The translations under genes and the position numbers were made by a program. Positions 41,750-50,429 of a stretch of DNA of 64,000 nucleotides are shown here, one piece after another (the first letter of the stretch is position 1; every line of letters starts with the position of its first letter). The DNA is from Candidatus Rokuibacteriota bacterium (GTDB taxonomy: Bacteria; Methylomirabilota; Methylomirabilia; Rokubacteriales; CSP1-6), in the NCBI GenBank assembly GCA_003221515.1, contig QHSI01000104.1:32568-96567 (forward strand), given 5' to 3'. Below the pieces are notes generated by a model. That model did no database searches. It saw nothing but the letters and a program-made list of their open reading frames with translations, and was not told where the DNA came from.

Positions 41750-41863
41750 CGTGGGAGGTCGGCGAGCCCGGCGGTTGCTCCTCGCAAGACCGTTACTGCT
41801 GGTCGTCGAAACGGGCGGCTCGTCGAACCGATGCAAGCGCTTCTCGAAGAGGTGGCGTAGGCA

Positions 41864-42658
41864 ATGCTGGGTTTGAATAATGTCGAGGTGATTTATGACG
41901 GGGTGATCCTCGTGCTCAAGGGCGTGTCGTTGAACGTCCGTGACGGTGGGATCACCACGCTGCTCGGGGCCAACGGGGCGGGGAAGACGACGACGCTCAA
42001 GGCGGTGTCGGGGCTGCTGCGCTCCGAGCGCGGCGACGTCACGAAAGGTTCGATCGAGTTCAGCGGGGAGCGGATCGATCGTTTGCCGCCGCACGCGGTC
42101 GTCCGGCGCGGCATCGTGCAGGTGTTCGAGGGCCGACGCGTCTTCGAGCACCTGACCACCGAGGAGAATCTGATCGCCGGCGCGCACATCCAGAAGGACC
42201 GGCAGCGCGTGGCCGGAGGAATCGAGCGCGTCTACGAATACTTCCCGCGGCTCAAGGAGCGGCGCTCCGTGCAGTCCGGGTACCTGTCGGGCGGGGAGCA
42301 GCAGATGCTCGTGATCGGGCGAGCGCTGATGGCGAACCCGCACGTCATGCTCCTCGACGAGCCCTCGCTCGGCCTGGCGCCGATGCTGGTCGAGGAGATC
42401 TTCGGCATCGTCCAGCAGCTGAACCGGCAGGAGAAGCTGACCGTCCTGCTGGTCGAGCAGAACGCCGCGCTGGCGTTGACCATCGCCGAGCACGGCTACG
42501 TGATGGAGAACGGACGGATCGTGCTCGACGGCAGCGCGGATGCGCTCCGGGAGAACCCCGACATCAAGGAGTTCTATCTCGGGCTGACCGAGGTCGGCGC
42601 CCGCCGATCGTACCGGGACGTCAAGCACTACAAGCGCCGGAAACGCTGGCTCTCCTAG
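41864..42658 (+). CDS. LivF-type ABC ATP-binding protein (cassette 2)
   Basis: 264 aa; 'GANGAGKTTTL', 'LSGGEQQMLVIGRAL'. Confidence 0.85.
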   Translation: MLGLNNVEVIYDGVILVLKGVSLNVRDGGITTLLGANGAGKTTTLKAVSGLLRSERGDVTKGSIEFSGERIDRLPPHAVVRRGIVQVFEGRRVFEHLTTEENLIAGAHIQKDRQRVAGGIERVYEYFPRLKERRSVQSGYLSGGEQQMLVIGRALMANPHVMLLDEPSLGLAPMLVEEIFGIVQQLNRQEKLTVLLVEQNAALALTIAEHGYVMENGRIVLDGSADALRENPDIKEFYLGLTEVGARRSYRDVKHYKRRKRWLS

Positions 42659-42673
42659 CAAGGAGCGCGTGCC

Positions 42674-43126
42674 ATGGGACGCACTCGTGCGATCGGACTG
42701 GGACTCGTGCTGCTCATCGGGGCGTTGAACCTCGTCGCGTGCGCGACGACGGCGGATCAGGGGCCGTCGCTCTACAAGCGCCTGAACGGGCGCGAGGGCA
42801 TCGCGCTCGTCGTCGGCGACTTCGTCGCCAACATGGCCGGCGACGCCCGCGTCAACGAGCGCTTCAAGGCCATGAAGCCGGCGGATATCGAGAAGCTCAA
42901 GTCGTATCTGTCCGACCAGATCTGTGACGCGACCGGCGGGCCCTGTTCGTACGTGGGCCGCGACATGAAGACCACGCACAAGGGCATGCAGATCAGCGAC
43001 GCCGAGTGGAACGCGACCGTCGAGAACCTGGTCAAGGCCCTGGACAAGAACAAGGTCGCCGCCAAGGAGAAGAGCGAGCTGCTGGGCGTGCTCGGACCGA
43101 TGAAGGCGGACATCGTCGGTCAGTGA
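42674..43126 (+). CDS. Truncated (2/2) haemoglobin, group I-like, lipoprotein (lipobox LVAC)
   Basis: 150 aa; 'SLYKRLNGREGIALVVGDFVANM..D.RVNERF' and 'THKGMQISDAEWNATVENLVKAL' match trHb helices B-E and G-H; signal ends 'LNLVAC'. Confidence 0.7.
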   Translation: MGRTRAIGLGLVLLIGALNLVACATTADQGPSLYKRLNGREGIALVVGDFVANMAGDARVNERFKAMKPADIEKLKSYLSDQICDATGGPCSYVGRDMKTTHKGMQISDAEWNATVENLVKALDKNKVAAKEKSELLGVLGPMKADIVGQ

Positions 43127-44280
43127 CGGACTCGTCGACGTTCGCCGAGCACCACCACATGTTTCGCGCGGCGGTGCGGGCGTTCGTCGACCGTGAGGTG
43201 GCGCCGCAGGTCGAGGCGTGGGAGGCGGCCGGCCGCATCCCGAAGACGATCTGGCCGCGCATGGGCGAGCTCGGCTTCCTGGGCGTCGAGTACGAGGAGA
43301 AATACGGGGGCGCCGGCGCCGACCTCTTCACCACGGTGGTCCTGCACGAGGAGTGCGCGCGCTCCCGCAGCGGCTCGTTCGCGATGGCGGTCGGCGTCCA
43401 CACCGACATGGCCTCGCCGCATCTCTACTGGACCGGCAGCGAAGCGCTGAAGGAGAAGTACCTGCCGGCGATCTGCCGCGGCGAGAAGCTGTGCGCGATC
43501 GCCGTCACCGAGCCGGGCGGCGGCAGCGACGTCGCGGCGATCCGCACCCGCGCGGTCCGCGACGGCGATCACTATGTCCTGAACGGCTCGAAGATGTTCA
43601 TCACCAACGGCGCGCTGGCGGACCTCTACTTCGTGGCGGCGCGCGTCGAGGCCGGAGACGAAACCCGGCGTCACCGGGGCATCTCGATGTTCCTGGTCGA
43701 GCGCGAGACGCCGGGCTTCGCCGTCAGCCGGACGCTCGACAAGATGGGGATGCGCGCCTCCGACACGGCGGCGCTGTCGTTCCAGGACGTGCGCGTACCG
43801 GCCGGAAATCTCCTCGGCCGCGAGGGCGTCGGCTTCTACGAGGTCATGCGCGTGTTCCAGCGCGAGCGCCTGGTGGCCGGCGTGCATGCCGTCGCCATGG
43901 CCGAGCGCGCGCTCGAGGACACGATCGCGTACGTGCGCGAACGCCAGGCCTTCGGCGGCCCGCTGTCCGAGAAGCAGGTGGTGCGCCACAAGCTCGCCGA
44001 CCTCGCCACGCTGATCGAAGCCGGCAAGCGGCTCACCTACGCCGCCTGGCAGAAGCACGCGGCCGGTGAGGACGCGGTGCGCGAGGCGTCCATGGTGAAG
44101 CTGTTCACCGCCGAGATGGCCAACCGGGTCGCCTACGATTGCGTCCAGCTCCACGGCGGCTACGGCTACATGCGCGAGTACGCCATCGAGCGCTTCGCCC
44201 GCGACGTCCGGCTGTTCACGATCGGCGGCGGCACGAGCGAGATCATGAAAGAGATCATCGCCAAGGAGCTCCGGCTCTGA
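43123..44280 (+). CDS. Acyl-CoA dehydrogenase
   Basis: 385 aa; GTG start overlapping trHb stop; 'AVTEPGGGSDVAAI', 'YVLNGSKMFITNG', 'IGGGTSEIMKEIIAKEL'. Confidence 0.85.
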   Translation: MTDSSTFAEHHHMFRAAVRAFVDREVAPQVEAWEAAGRIPKTIWPRMGELGFLGVEYEEKYGGAGADLFTTVVLHEECARSRSGSFAMAVGVHTDMASPHLYWTGSEALKEKYLPAICRGEKLCAIAVTEPGGGSDVAAIRTRAVRDGDHYVLNGSKMFITNGALADLYFVAARVEAGDETRRHRGISMFLVERETPGFAVSRTLDKMGMRASDTAALSFQDVRVPAGNLLGREGVGFYEVMRVFQRERLVAGVHAVAMAERALEDTIAYVRERQAFGGPLSEKQVVRHKLADLATLIEAGKRLTYAAWQKHAAGEDAVREASMVKLFTAEMANRVAYDCVQLHGGYGYMREYAIERFARDVRLFTIGGGTSEIMKEIIAKELRL

Positions 44281-44287
44281 TCCGGGC

Positions 44288-45154
44288 GTGAGCGCGCCTG
44301 ACTTCGTCGCCATCGGGCACGTCACCCTCGACCGCATCGGCGACGCCACGCGCCCGGGCGGCGCCGCGCTGTTCGCCGCCATCACCGCGTACCGGCTCGG
44401 GCTTTCGGTCGGGCTCCTCACGAGCTACGGCGACGACTTCCCGCTCGACCTGATCCCGTCGCAGATCGAGGTCGTCAGCGTCCCGGCCGCGGACACGACG
44501 CGCTTCGAGCACCGGCAGGATCCCCAGGGGCGCGTGTCGCACGTCCGTGCCGCAGCCGGTCCGCTCGCGAAGGCCGACGTGCCGGACGACTGGCGCGGAG
44601 CCGCGCTGACGCTGCTGGCCCCGGTCCTCGACGAGGTCGAGCCTATGATCGCGACCCTCTTCACCGACGGCGCGGTCGGCGCCGCGGCGCAGGGATGGCT
44701 ACGGACCACGGCGCCCGACGGGCTCGTCGTCGGTCGGCCCTGGCAGACGCCGGAGCCCCTGTTGCATTCGGTGCAGGCCCTGTTCCTGAGCCGCGAGGAC
44801 ATCCGCGGGCAGGAGGCCGCCGTCGTCCAGTGGTTCCAGCGCATCCCGGTCGGCGTCCTGACCGCCGACCGCGACGGCGCGCTCCTGTTCGTCAACGGCG
44901 AGCGCTACGACGTTCGGCCCCGCCCGGCGCGCGAGATCGATCCGACCGGCGCCGGCGACGTCTTCGCGGCGACCTTCATGGTCCAATACCAGCGCGACGG
45001 CGACCCCTGGCTGGCCGCCGCCGCCGCCGCCTGCGCCGGCTCCCTCGCCGTCGAAGGCATAGGCTGGTCCTCGCTCGCCGACCGTCCCACCCTCGACGCC
45101 TTGCTCGCTTCCTACCAGCGCCACGAGGAAGCGCCCGGGGGTGGTGCGGGGTAG
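44288..45154 (+). CDS. PfkB/ribokinase-family carbohydrate kinase; last 7 codons and stop lie inside the MITE terminal repeat
   Basis: 288 aa; 'DPTGAGDVFAATFMV' PfkB signature 2. Confidence 0.7.
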   Translation: MSAPDFVAIGHVTLDRIGDATRPGGAALFAAITAYRLGLSVGLLTSYGDDFPLDLIPSQIEVVSVPAADTTRFEHRQDPQGRVSHVRAAAGPLAKADVPDDWRGAALTLLAPVLDEVEPMIATLFTDGAVGAAAQGWLRTTAPDGLVVGRPWQTPEPLLHSVQALFLSREDIRGQEAAVVQWFQRIPVGVLTADRDGALLFVNGERYDVRPRPAREIDPTGAGDVFAATFMVQYQRDGDPWLAAAAAACAGSLAVEGIGWSSLADRPTLDALLASYQRHEEAPGGGAG

Positions 45155-45295
45155 TGGGGGCGGGGTCGCGCGACCACGAGGCGCGCGTGCGCTGCCCCGG
45201 GCGGCTGGGCTCCATCCAGGTGCTCCACCTCCGACGCCGCGTGGAGGGAACGGGTCTCGTCGACCCCGCCCCCACTACCCCGCACCACCCCCGGG
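45134..45295. mobile_element. MITE-like element family 1, copy 2 (162 bp; perfect 35-bp terminal inverted repeats CCCGGGGGTGGTGCGGGGTAGTGGGGGCGGGGTCG)
   Basis: Arms 45134-45168 and 45261-45295 are exact reverse complements; interior matches copies 1 and 3. Confidence 0.55.
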
Positions 45296-45425
45296 CGCCG
45301 TTGCGGTGATTCAAGCGCGCGCGCATGACGACGGCCGCAGGCGCGCGCGTGACGGCGGTGCACGTGGGTGACTTGAGTGCTTTCATGCTCGCGCGTGACG
45401 GAGTGTCAACCGCGCGGGTGAACTG

Positions 45426-45594
45426 GTGGTGGGCGGGGACGGCGCGGGTGCGGTGGGGCTCGAAGGAACCCGTTCCCTCCATGCGGCGACGGGAGTGGAG
45501 TGCCCGGATGGAGCCCAGCCGCCTCGGAGCAGCGGACGCGTGCCGCGTGGTTCTCTCGAGCCCCACCGCACCCGCGCCGGCCTCGCCCACCGCC
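45426..45594. mobile_element. MITE-like element family 1, copy 3 (inverted orientation relative to copy 2; ~40-bp imperfect terminal inverted repeats)
   Basis: Interior is the reverse complement of copy-2 interior (GGCTGGGCTCCATCC..TGGAGGGAACGGGT) with ~85% identity. Confidence 0.5.
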
Positions 45595-45646
45595 AGCCTC
45601 GAGCGCGTTCTTGACACACCTCGGAAGCACGGCCTAGGCTGGCCTT

Positions 45647-45903
45647 GTGAGTCAGACGATCGTGATCACGGCCGGGAACGTCGCGGCGTCGGCGCGGCTC
45701 AACGACTCGTCGACGGCGCGCGCGATCTGGGACGCGCTCCCGATCGAGGCGAAGGGCGAGACGTGGGGCGACGAGATCTACTTCGACATCGGCCTCACGG
45801 CAGAGCCCGAGGCCGCGATGTCGTGGGCAAGGTCTTCGGCGATGCGACAATCTTCAAGCAGGTGCGCGCGGGCACACGCGTTTCCCTGAGGAGGGCGGAA
45901 TGA
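45647..45903 (+). pseudogene. Disrupted DUF3830/cyclophilin-like-family gene: N-terminal ~57 codons in one frame, C-terminal ~27 codons in another, middle missing
   Basis: 'MSQTIVITAGNVAASARLNDSSTARAIWDALPIEAKGETWGDEIYFDI' then frame switch to 'VVGKVFGDATIFKQVRAGTRVSLRRAE*' whose stop overlaps tal ATG (ATGA); family assignment from memory, unverified. Confidence 0.35.
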
Positions 45904-46550
45904 AGATCTTCCTGGACACGGCCAACGTCAGCGAGATCAAAGAGGGCGTGGCGATCGGCGTCGTCGACGGGGTGACCACCAACCCCTCGCTGATCGCGAA
46001 GGAGAAGCGCCCGTTTCGTCCACTCATCGAGGAGATCTGCTCGATCGTCCCCGGCGACGTGAGCCTCGAGGTGATCGCGACCAACTTCGAGGGGATGGTG
46101 AAAGAGGGCGAGGAGCTGGCCCAGGTCGCGCCCAACGCGGTCGTGAAGTGCCCGCTGACCAAGGACGGCCTCAAGGCCGTGAAGTATCTCTCGAGCAAAG
46201 GGATCCGCGTCAACCAGACCCTGTGCTTCTCGGCGACCCAGGCGCTCCTGTCCGCGAAGGCGGGCGCCTTCTATATCAGCCCGTTCCTCGGCCGCCTCGA
46301 CGACATCGCCCACGTCGGCATGGACCTGATCCGCGACATCTGCGAGATCTACCGGGTCCAGGGATATCGGACCCAGGTGCTGGCGGCGTCGATCCGCAAC
46401 CCGCTCCACGTCGTGGACGCGGCGAAGGCCGGCGCGCACGTCGCCACGATGCCGTTCAACGTGCTCGAGCAGCTCATGAAGCATCCGCTCACCGACATCG
46501 GGCTCAAGAAGTTCCTCGACGACTGGGCGAAGCTCGGCGAGAAGATCTAG
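45900..46550 (+). CDS. tal: Transaldolase (short, Fsa/TalC-type)
   Basis: 216 aa; 'MKIFLDTANVSEIKEG..GVTTNPSLI' and 'KCPLTKDGLKA..GIRVNQTLCFS' canonical. Confidence 0.9.
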   Translation: MKIFLDTANVSEIKEGVAIGVVDGVTTNPSLIAKEKRPFRPLIEEICSIVPGDVSLEVIATNFEGMVKEGEELAQVAPNAVVKCPLTKDGLKAVKYLSSKGIRVNQTLCFSATQALLSAKAGAFYISPFLGRLDDIAHVGMDLIRDICEIYRVQGYRTQVLAASIRNPLHVVDAAKAGAHVATMPFNVLEQLMKHPLTDIGLKKFLDDWAKLGEKI

Positions 46551-46580
46551 CCCCGACGCGGCCCTCGATCGCCGTCGACC

Positions 46581-47588
46581 ATGAAGGCGATGGTGATTCG
46601 CGAGTGCGGCCCGCCGGAGGTGATGCGGCTCGAGGAGATCTCGACGCCGACGCCCGGCCCGGGTGAGGTGCTGATCCGCGTTCACGCGGTCTCGGTGAAT
46701 CGCACGCTCGACCTCGCGGTCCGCGCCGGCACCTACGCGGTGCGACCCACGCTCCCGCACATCCTCGGGGTCGATCCGTCCGGCGTGGTCGCCACCGTCG
46801 GTGCCGGCGTGGTCGGACGCCGCGTCGGCGACCGCGTCGTCACCCGTCAAATAGTTCGCCCGGCCACCGCGTCCCAGGGGCCGGGGATCCTCGGCGTCCA
46901 CGCGTGGGGCGGCTATGCCGAATACGTGAAGGTGCACGCCGACGCCACGCACCCGATGCCCGACGGCCTCGATTTCGTCACGGCGACGGTCGTCGCGCGG
47001 CACGGGCCCACGGCGCTCAGCATGCTCCGGGACGTCGCCAGGCTTGCGGCCGACGAGTGGGTCCTGGTGATGGGCGCCTCGGGCGGGCTGGGCATCGCCG
47101 GCATCCAGGTGGCGAAGTCACTCGGAGCCCGGGTGATCGCGGCGGCGGGCGCCGACGCGCGCGTGCGCGCGGCACTCGACTTCGGCGCCGACGTGGGCGT
47201 GAACTATCGCGCGCGCGACCTGACGGACGAGGCGCGCCGGATCACGAACGGCCTCGGCGTCGACGTCGTGTTCGAGAACATCGCCGACGTCGACCTCTTT
47301 CCCAAGGCCTTCGCGAGCCTGGCGCGCAACGGCCGGCTCGTCACCGCCGGCGCCCATGGGGGCGGCACGGTGCCGCTCGACGTCAAGCACCTCTACCTGA
47401 ACGGGATCTCGGTGATCGGCTCGGTGGGGCGCATCACCGCCGAGGACCTCAAGCTCACGCTCGCGTGGGCGGCCGAGGGCCGCTATCGGGTGCTGGTGGA
47501 CCGAGTGCTCCCGCTGGCCGAGGCGGCCCACGCTCATCGCATCGTCGAGGATCGATCCGGCATCGGCAAGGTGATGCTCCAGCCCTAA
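46581..47588 (+). CDS. Zn-independent MDR-family NAD(P)H:quinone oxidoreductase / alcohol dehydrogenase-like
   Basis: 335 aa; 'VLVMGASGGLGIAGIQVAKSLGARVIAAAG' Rossmann motif. Confidence 0.8.
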   Translation: MKAMVIRECGPPEVMRLEEISTPTPGPGEVLIRVHAVSVNRTLDLAVRAGTYAVRPTLPHILGVDPSGVVATVGAGVVGRRVGDRVVTRQIVRPATASQGPGILGVHAWGGYAEYVKVHADATHPMPDGLDFVTATVVARHGPTALSMLRDVARLAADEWVLVMGASGGLGIAGIQVAKSLGARVIAAAGADARVRAALDFGADVGVNYRARDLTDEARRITNGLGVDVVFENIADVDLFPKAFASLARNGRLVTAGAHGGGTVPLDVKHLYLNGISVIGSVGRITAEDLKLTLAWAAEGRYRVLVDRVLPLAEAAHAHRIVEDRSGIGKVMLQP

Positions 47589-47796
47589 GGGATTTCCCCG
47601 GTGTCAATCCACTCGGTTTTCGACACGGAGACTTACACCTTGTAGAAGAAATACGCGTGGTGCTCCGACCCTGGCGCCCGCAACGTCCTGAGTTTGCGCG
47701 CGTCGCTCACGTGGCAGGCCCCTTGCTCTCGCACACCTTGGCGCTCAGTCCGTCGGGCCGAGTTGGTAGTACGGCGACAAAGCGAGGAGACTGGCA

Positions 47797-48714
47797 ATGC
47801 AGCTGTCGCGCCGGGACTTTCTGCGTAGCTCACCACCGACCCCGGCCATGAGCGCTCCAATGGCCACCAGGCTCGCCGACCTCGCCCGCGATCATCCGGA
47901 GTGGCGGCCGTGGCTGGCGCTCCTTTCCGTCGCGCAAGGAACGTTCGGCGATCCGCTCTGGCTTCGAGCCGTTCCGGATGGCCCGGCCACCGTGGAGCCG
48001 GAGCCGTTGCCGGCGCCGCTCCTGGAGGGCGCCGTGCTCATGATCGACCCTGACGGTGCGGACCGCTTCGTTCGCCAGATCTTCGACGTCGCCAAGAGCA
48101 ACGGCGGATCCGCGGCGCCGCTCGAAGCCGCGGCGGGCGACGCGCGCCTGGACGCGCTCGCGATCCTGGAAGCGGCGATTCGTCAGGACGGGCGTGGCTT
48201 GAACCGGTGGGCGACCTCGCTGGCCGTCGAACCCTCGGCGCTTCGCGTCGTCTCGGCCGTCGTGGCCACGCCGCTGCTCCACGCTTGCCGCGGCGCCTGG
48301 CACGACCGGCTGCCGCATGGATGGACGCAGGGCTACTGCCCCGTGTGCGGCGCCTGGCCGACGCTCGCCGAGGCCCGCGGCGTGGAACAGAGCCGTCATC
48401 TTCGCTGCGGCCGCTGCGGCGGCGACTGGCGCGGGGACGGGCTGGGTTGCCCCTTCTGCGCCAACGCGGACCACGCGATGCTGGGCTCGCTGGTCGGCGA
48501 CGAGCCGCGGGAGAGCCGAAAGATCGAGACGTGTGGCGCGTGTGGCGGCTATCTGAAGTCGATCGCCACGCTCGGGGCCACGCCAGCCGACGCGCTCACG
48601 CTCGTCGACCTGGACACGGTCGAGCTCGACATCGCCGCGCTCGAGCACGGATACGTGCGGCCCGAGGAGCCGGGCTATCGCGTGAGGGCGCGGGTGGTCG
48701 GCGCGTCCCAGTGA
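47797..48714 (+). CDS. fdhE: FdhE-like protein (formate dehydrogenase accessory protein family; four CxxC motifs)
   Basis: CPVCG, CGRCG, CPFC, CGACGGY arranged as in FdhE; true start may be the internal Met at ~47848; curious Tat-like 'SRRDFLR' in the upstream in-frame extension. Confidence 0.55.
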   Translation: MQLSRRDFLRSSPPTPAMSAPMATRLADLARDHPEWRPWLALLSVAQGTFGDPLWLRAVPDGPATVEPEPLPAPLLEGAVLMIDPDGADRFVRQIFDVAKSNGGSAAPLEAAAGDARLDALAILEAAIRQDGRGLNRWATSLAVEPSALRVVSAVVATPLLHACRGAWHDRLPHGWTQGYCPVCGAWPTLAEARGVEQSRHLRCGRCGGDWRGDGLGCPFCANADHAMLGSLVGDEPRESRKIETCGACGGYLKSIATLGATPADALTLVDLDTVELDIAALEHGYVRPEEPGYRVRARVVGASQ

Positions 48715-48786
48715 GGCGTGGAGCCAGGAGCGACCCGGCTCCGCACGCCCGTTTTCGTCGGTGAGGTCTGCGAGCCCGGCACCTGG

Positions 48787-50421
48787 CTAGTCCCCATACA
48801 CGATGCGCTCGCCGAGCTCGCCCTCCTGGATCATCTGCGCCAGCCGCGAGTGCTGGATCTTGCCGCTCGACGTCTTGGGGATCGTGCTCGATCGGACGAG
48901 GATGACCCGGGCCGGCCGGTGGCCGCGCGCCTTGTGGACGCGGCTGGTGATCTCGCGCACGAGTCCGTGGTAGTCGTCGGGCGACGCGTTCTCGCTGCGC
49001 ACCTCCGCGACGACGTGGAGCCGCTGGGTGCCGGTCCGCTCGCTGTCGATGCCGACGGCGGCCGAGTAGCGCACGCCCTCGATGTGGTCGACGACCTCCT
49101 CGATGTCGGCCGGCAGCACGTTGACGCCGCCGAGGATGATGAGGTCCTTGAGGCGCCCGGTGATGTAGAGGAAGCCTTCGGCGTCGACGAAGCCGAGGTC
49201 GCCCGTGCGGAGCCAGCCGCCCGGCATCAGGACCTTCGCCGTCGCCACCGGGTTGTTGTAGTAGCCCTTCATGACGCCGGGGCTCTTGACGCAGATCTCG
49301 CCTTCCTCGCCCATCGGACGCTCGGCGTTCGGCGCCTCGTCCTGCGGCGCCAGGATGCGGACGGAGACGCCGCGGCACGGCCGCCCGACCGAGAGGAAGC
49401 GCCGGTTCGCGTCGAGCCGGAGCGGCGCTCCACGCGGCACGATGGCCACCGCCAGCGTCGCCTCGGCCAGGCCGTAGCAAGGCCGGACGATTCGCTCCAG
49501 GCCGAAGTGCGACTCGAACGCCGCGATCGTCGACGTGCGCACGGGCTCGGCCCCGGAGAGCGCCGCCTTGAGGCTGCTGAGATCGATCCCGGTCGTGTCG
49601 CGGACGTTGCGCACGCAGTTCCGATATCCGAAATCGGGCGAGACGGTGAACGTCGCACGCACTTCCGTGCACAGCGTGAGCCACTGGCGCGGGTTGCGAA
49701 GGTCAGGCGGCAAGAGCCAGAGCGGCGTGGCGGTGAGCGGCGGCGTGAAGGAGCAGCCGATCAGGCCCATGTCGTGGTAGAGCGGCAGCCACGACACGAC
49801 GCGGTCGTCGGCGGTGAGCCCGGCGGCCTCGGCCATGAAGTGGATGGTCGACACCACGTTGGCGTGCGTCAGCATCACGCCGCGTGGCTGGCCCGTGCTC
49901 CCCGACGTGTACTGCAGGAACGCCAGGTCCTCGGCCTTCACCTCCACGAACGGCGACGAGGACGTGTCGACGTCGAGGTCGGACGGCTCCAGGACCATGC
50001 GGACGTTGGACGCCAGCGCGCGGCTCTCGTCCACGCCGGTGCGGAACCAGCCGATGGTCGCGACCGCGATCGCCTGGGAGTCGCGAAAGATGTTGGCCGT
50101 CATCTCCACGCCGAGCGTGGGATAGAGCGGGACCGGGATCGCACCGAGCCGTAGCGCGCCGAAGAACGTGTAGAAGAACTCGGCGCAGGTCGGATAGATG
50201 AGGCAGACCTTGTCGCCGACGCCCACGCCGGCGCGCGCAAGCCCGGCGGCGTACCGCGCGCTCTGCGCCCAGAGCTTGCCGTACGTCACCGTCTCGTCGA
50301 ATAGATGGAAGTACTGCTGGTCGGGTGAGCGATCGGCGCGCCGCCGCATCATCTCGGTGAGCGTGGTGGCGGCTCTCACGTCGGCATCGGCCAAGCGGGA
50401 CTCTTCCTGGCGGCCTTCCAC
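48787..50421 (-). CDS. AMP-dependent synthetase/ligase, fatty-acyl-AMP ligase (FAAL/FadD-like)
   Basis: 544 aa; 'LQYTSGSTGQPRGVMLTHANV', 'YGLAEA', 'GWLRTGDLGFV'. Confidence 0.8.
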   Translation of the reverse strand: MEGRQEESRLADADVRAATTLTEMMRRRADRSPDQQYFHLFDETVTYGKLWAQSARYAAGLARAGVGVGDKVCLIYPTCAEFFYTFFGALRLGAIPVPLYPTLGVEMTANIFRDSQAIAVATIGWFRTGVDESRALASNVRMVLEPSDLDVDTSSSPFVEVKAEDLAFLQYTSGSTGQPRGVMLTHANVVSTIHFMAEAAGLTADDRVVSWLPLYHDMGLIGCSFTPPLTATPLWLLPPDLRNPRQWLTLCTEVRATFTVSPDFGYRNCVRNVRDTTGIDLSSLKAALSGAEPVRTSTIAAFESHFGLERIVRPCYGLAEATLAVAIVPRGAPLRLDANRRFLSVGRPCRGVSVRILAPQDEAPNAERPMGEEGEICVKSPGVMKGYYNNPVATAKVLMPGGWLRTGDLGFVDAEGFLYITGRLKDLIILGGVNVLPADIEEVVDHIEGVRYSAAVGIDSERTGTQRLHVVAEVRSENASPDDYHGLVREITSRVHKARGHRPARVILVRSSTIPKTSSGKIQHSRLAQMIQEGELGERIVYGD

Positions 50422-50429
50422 GGGCTCAG

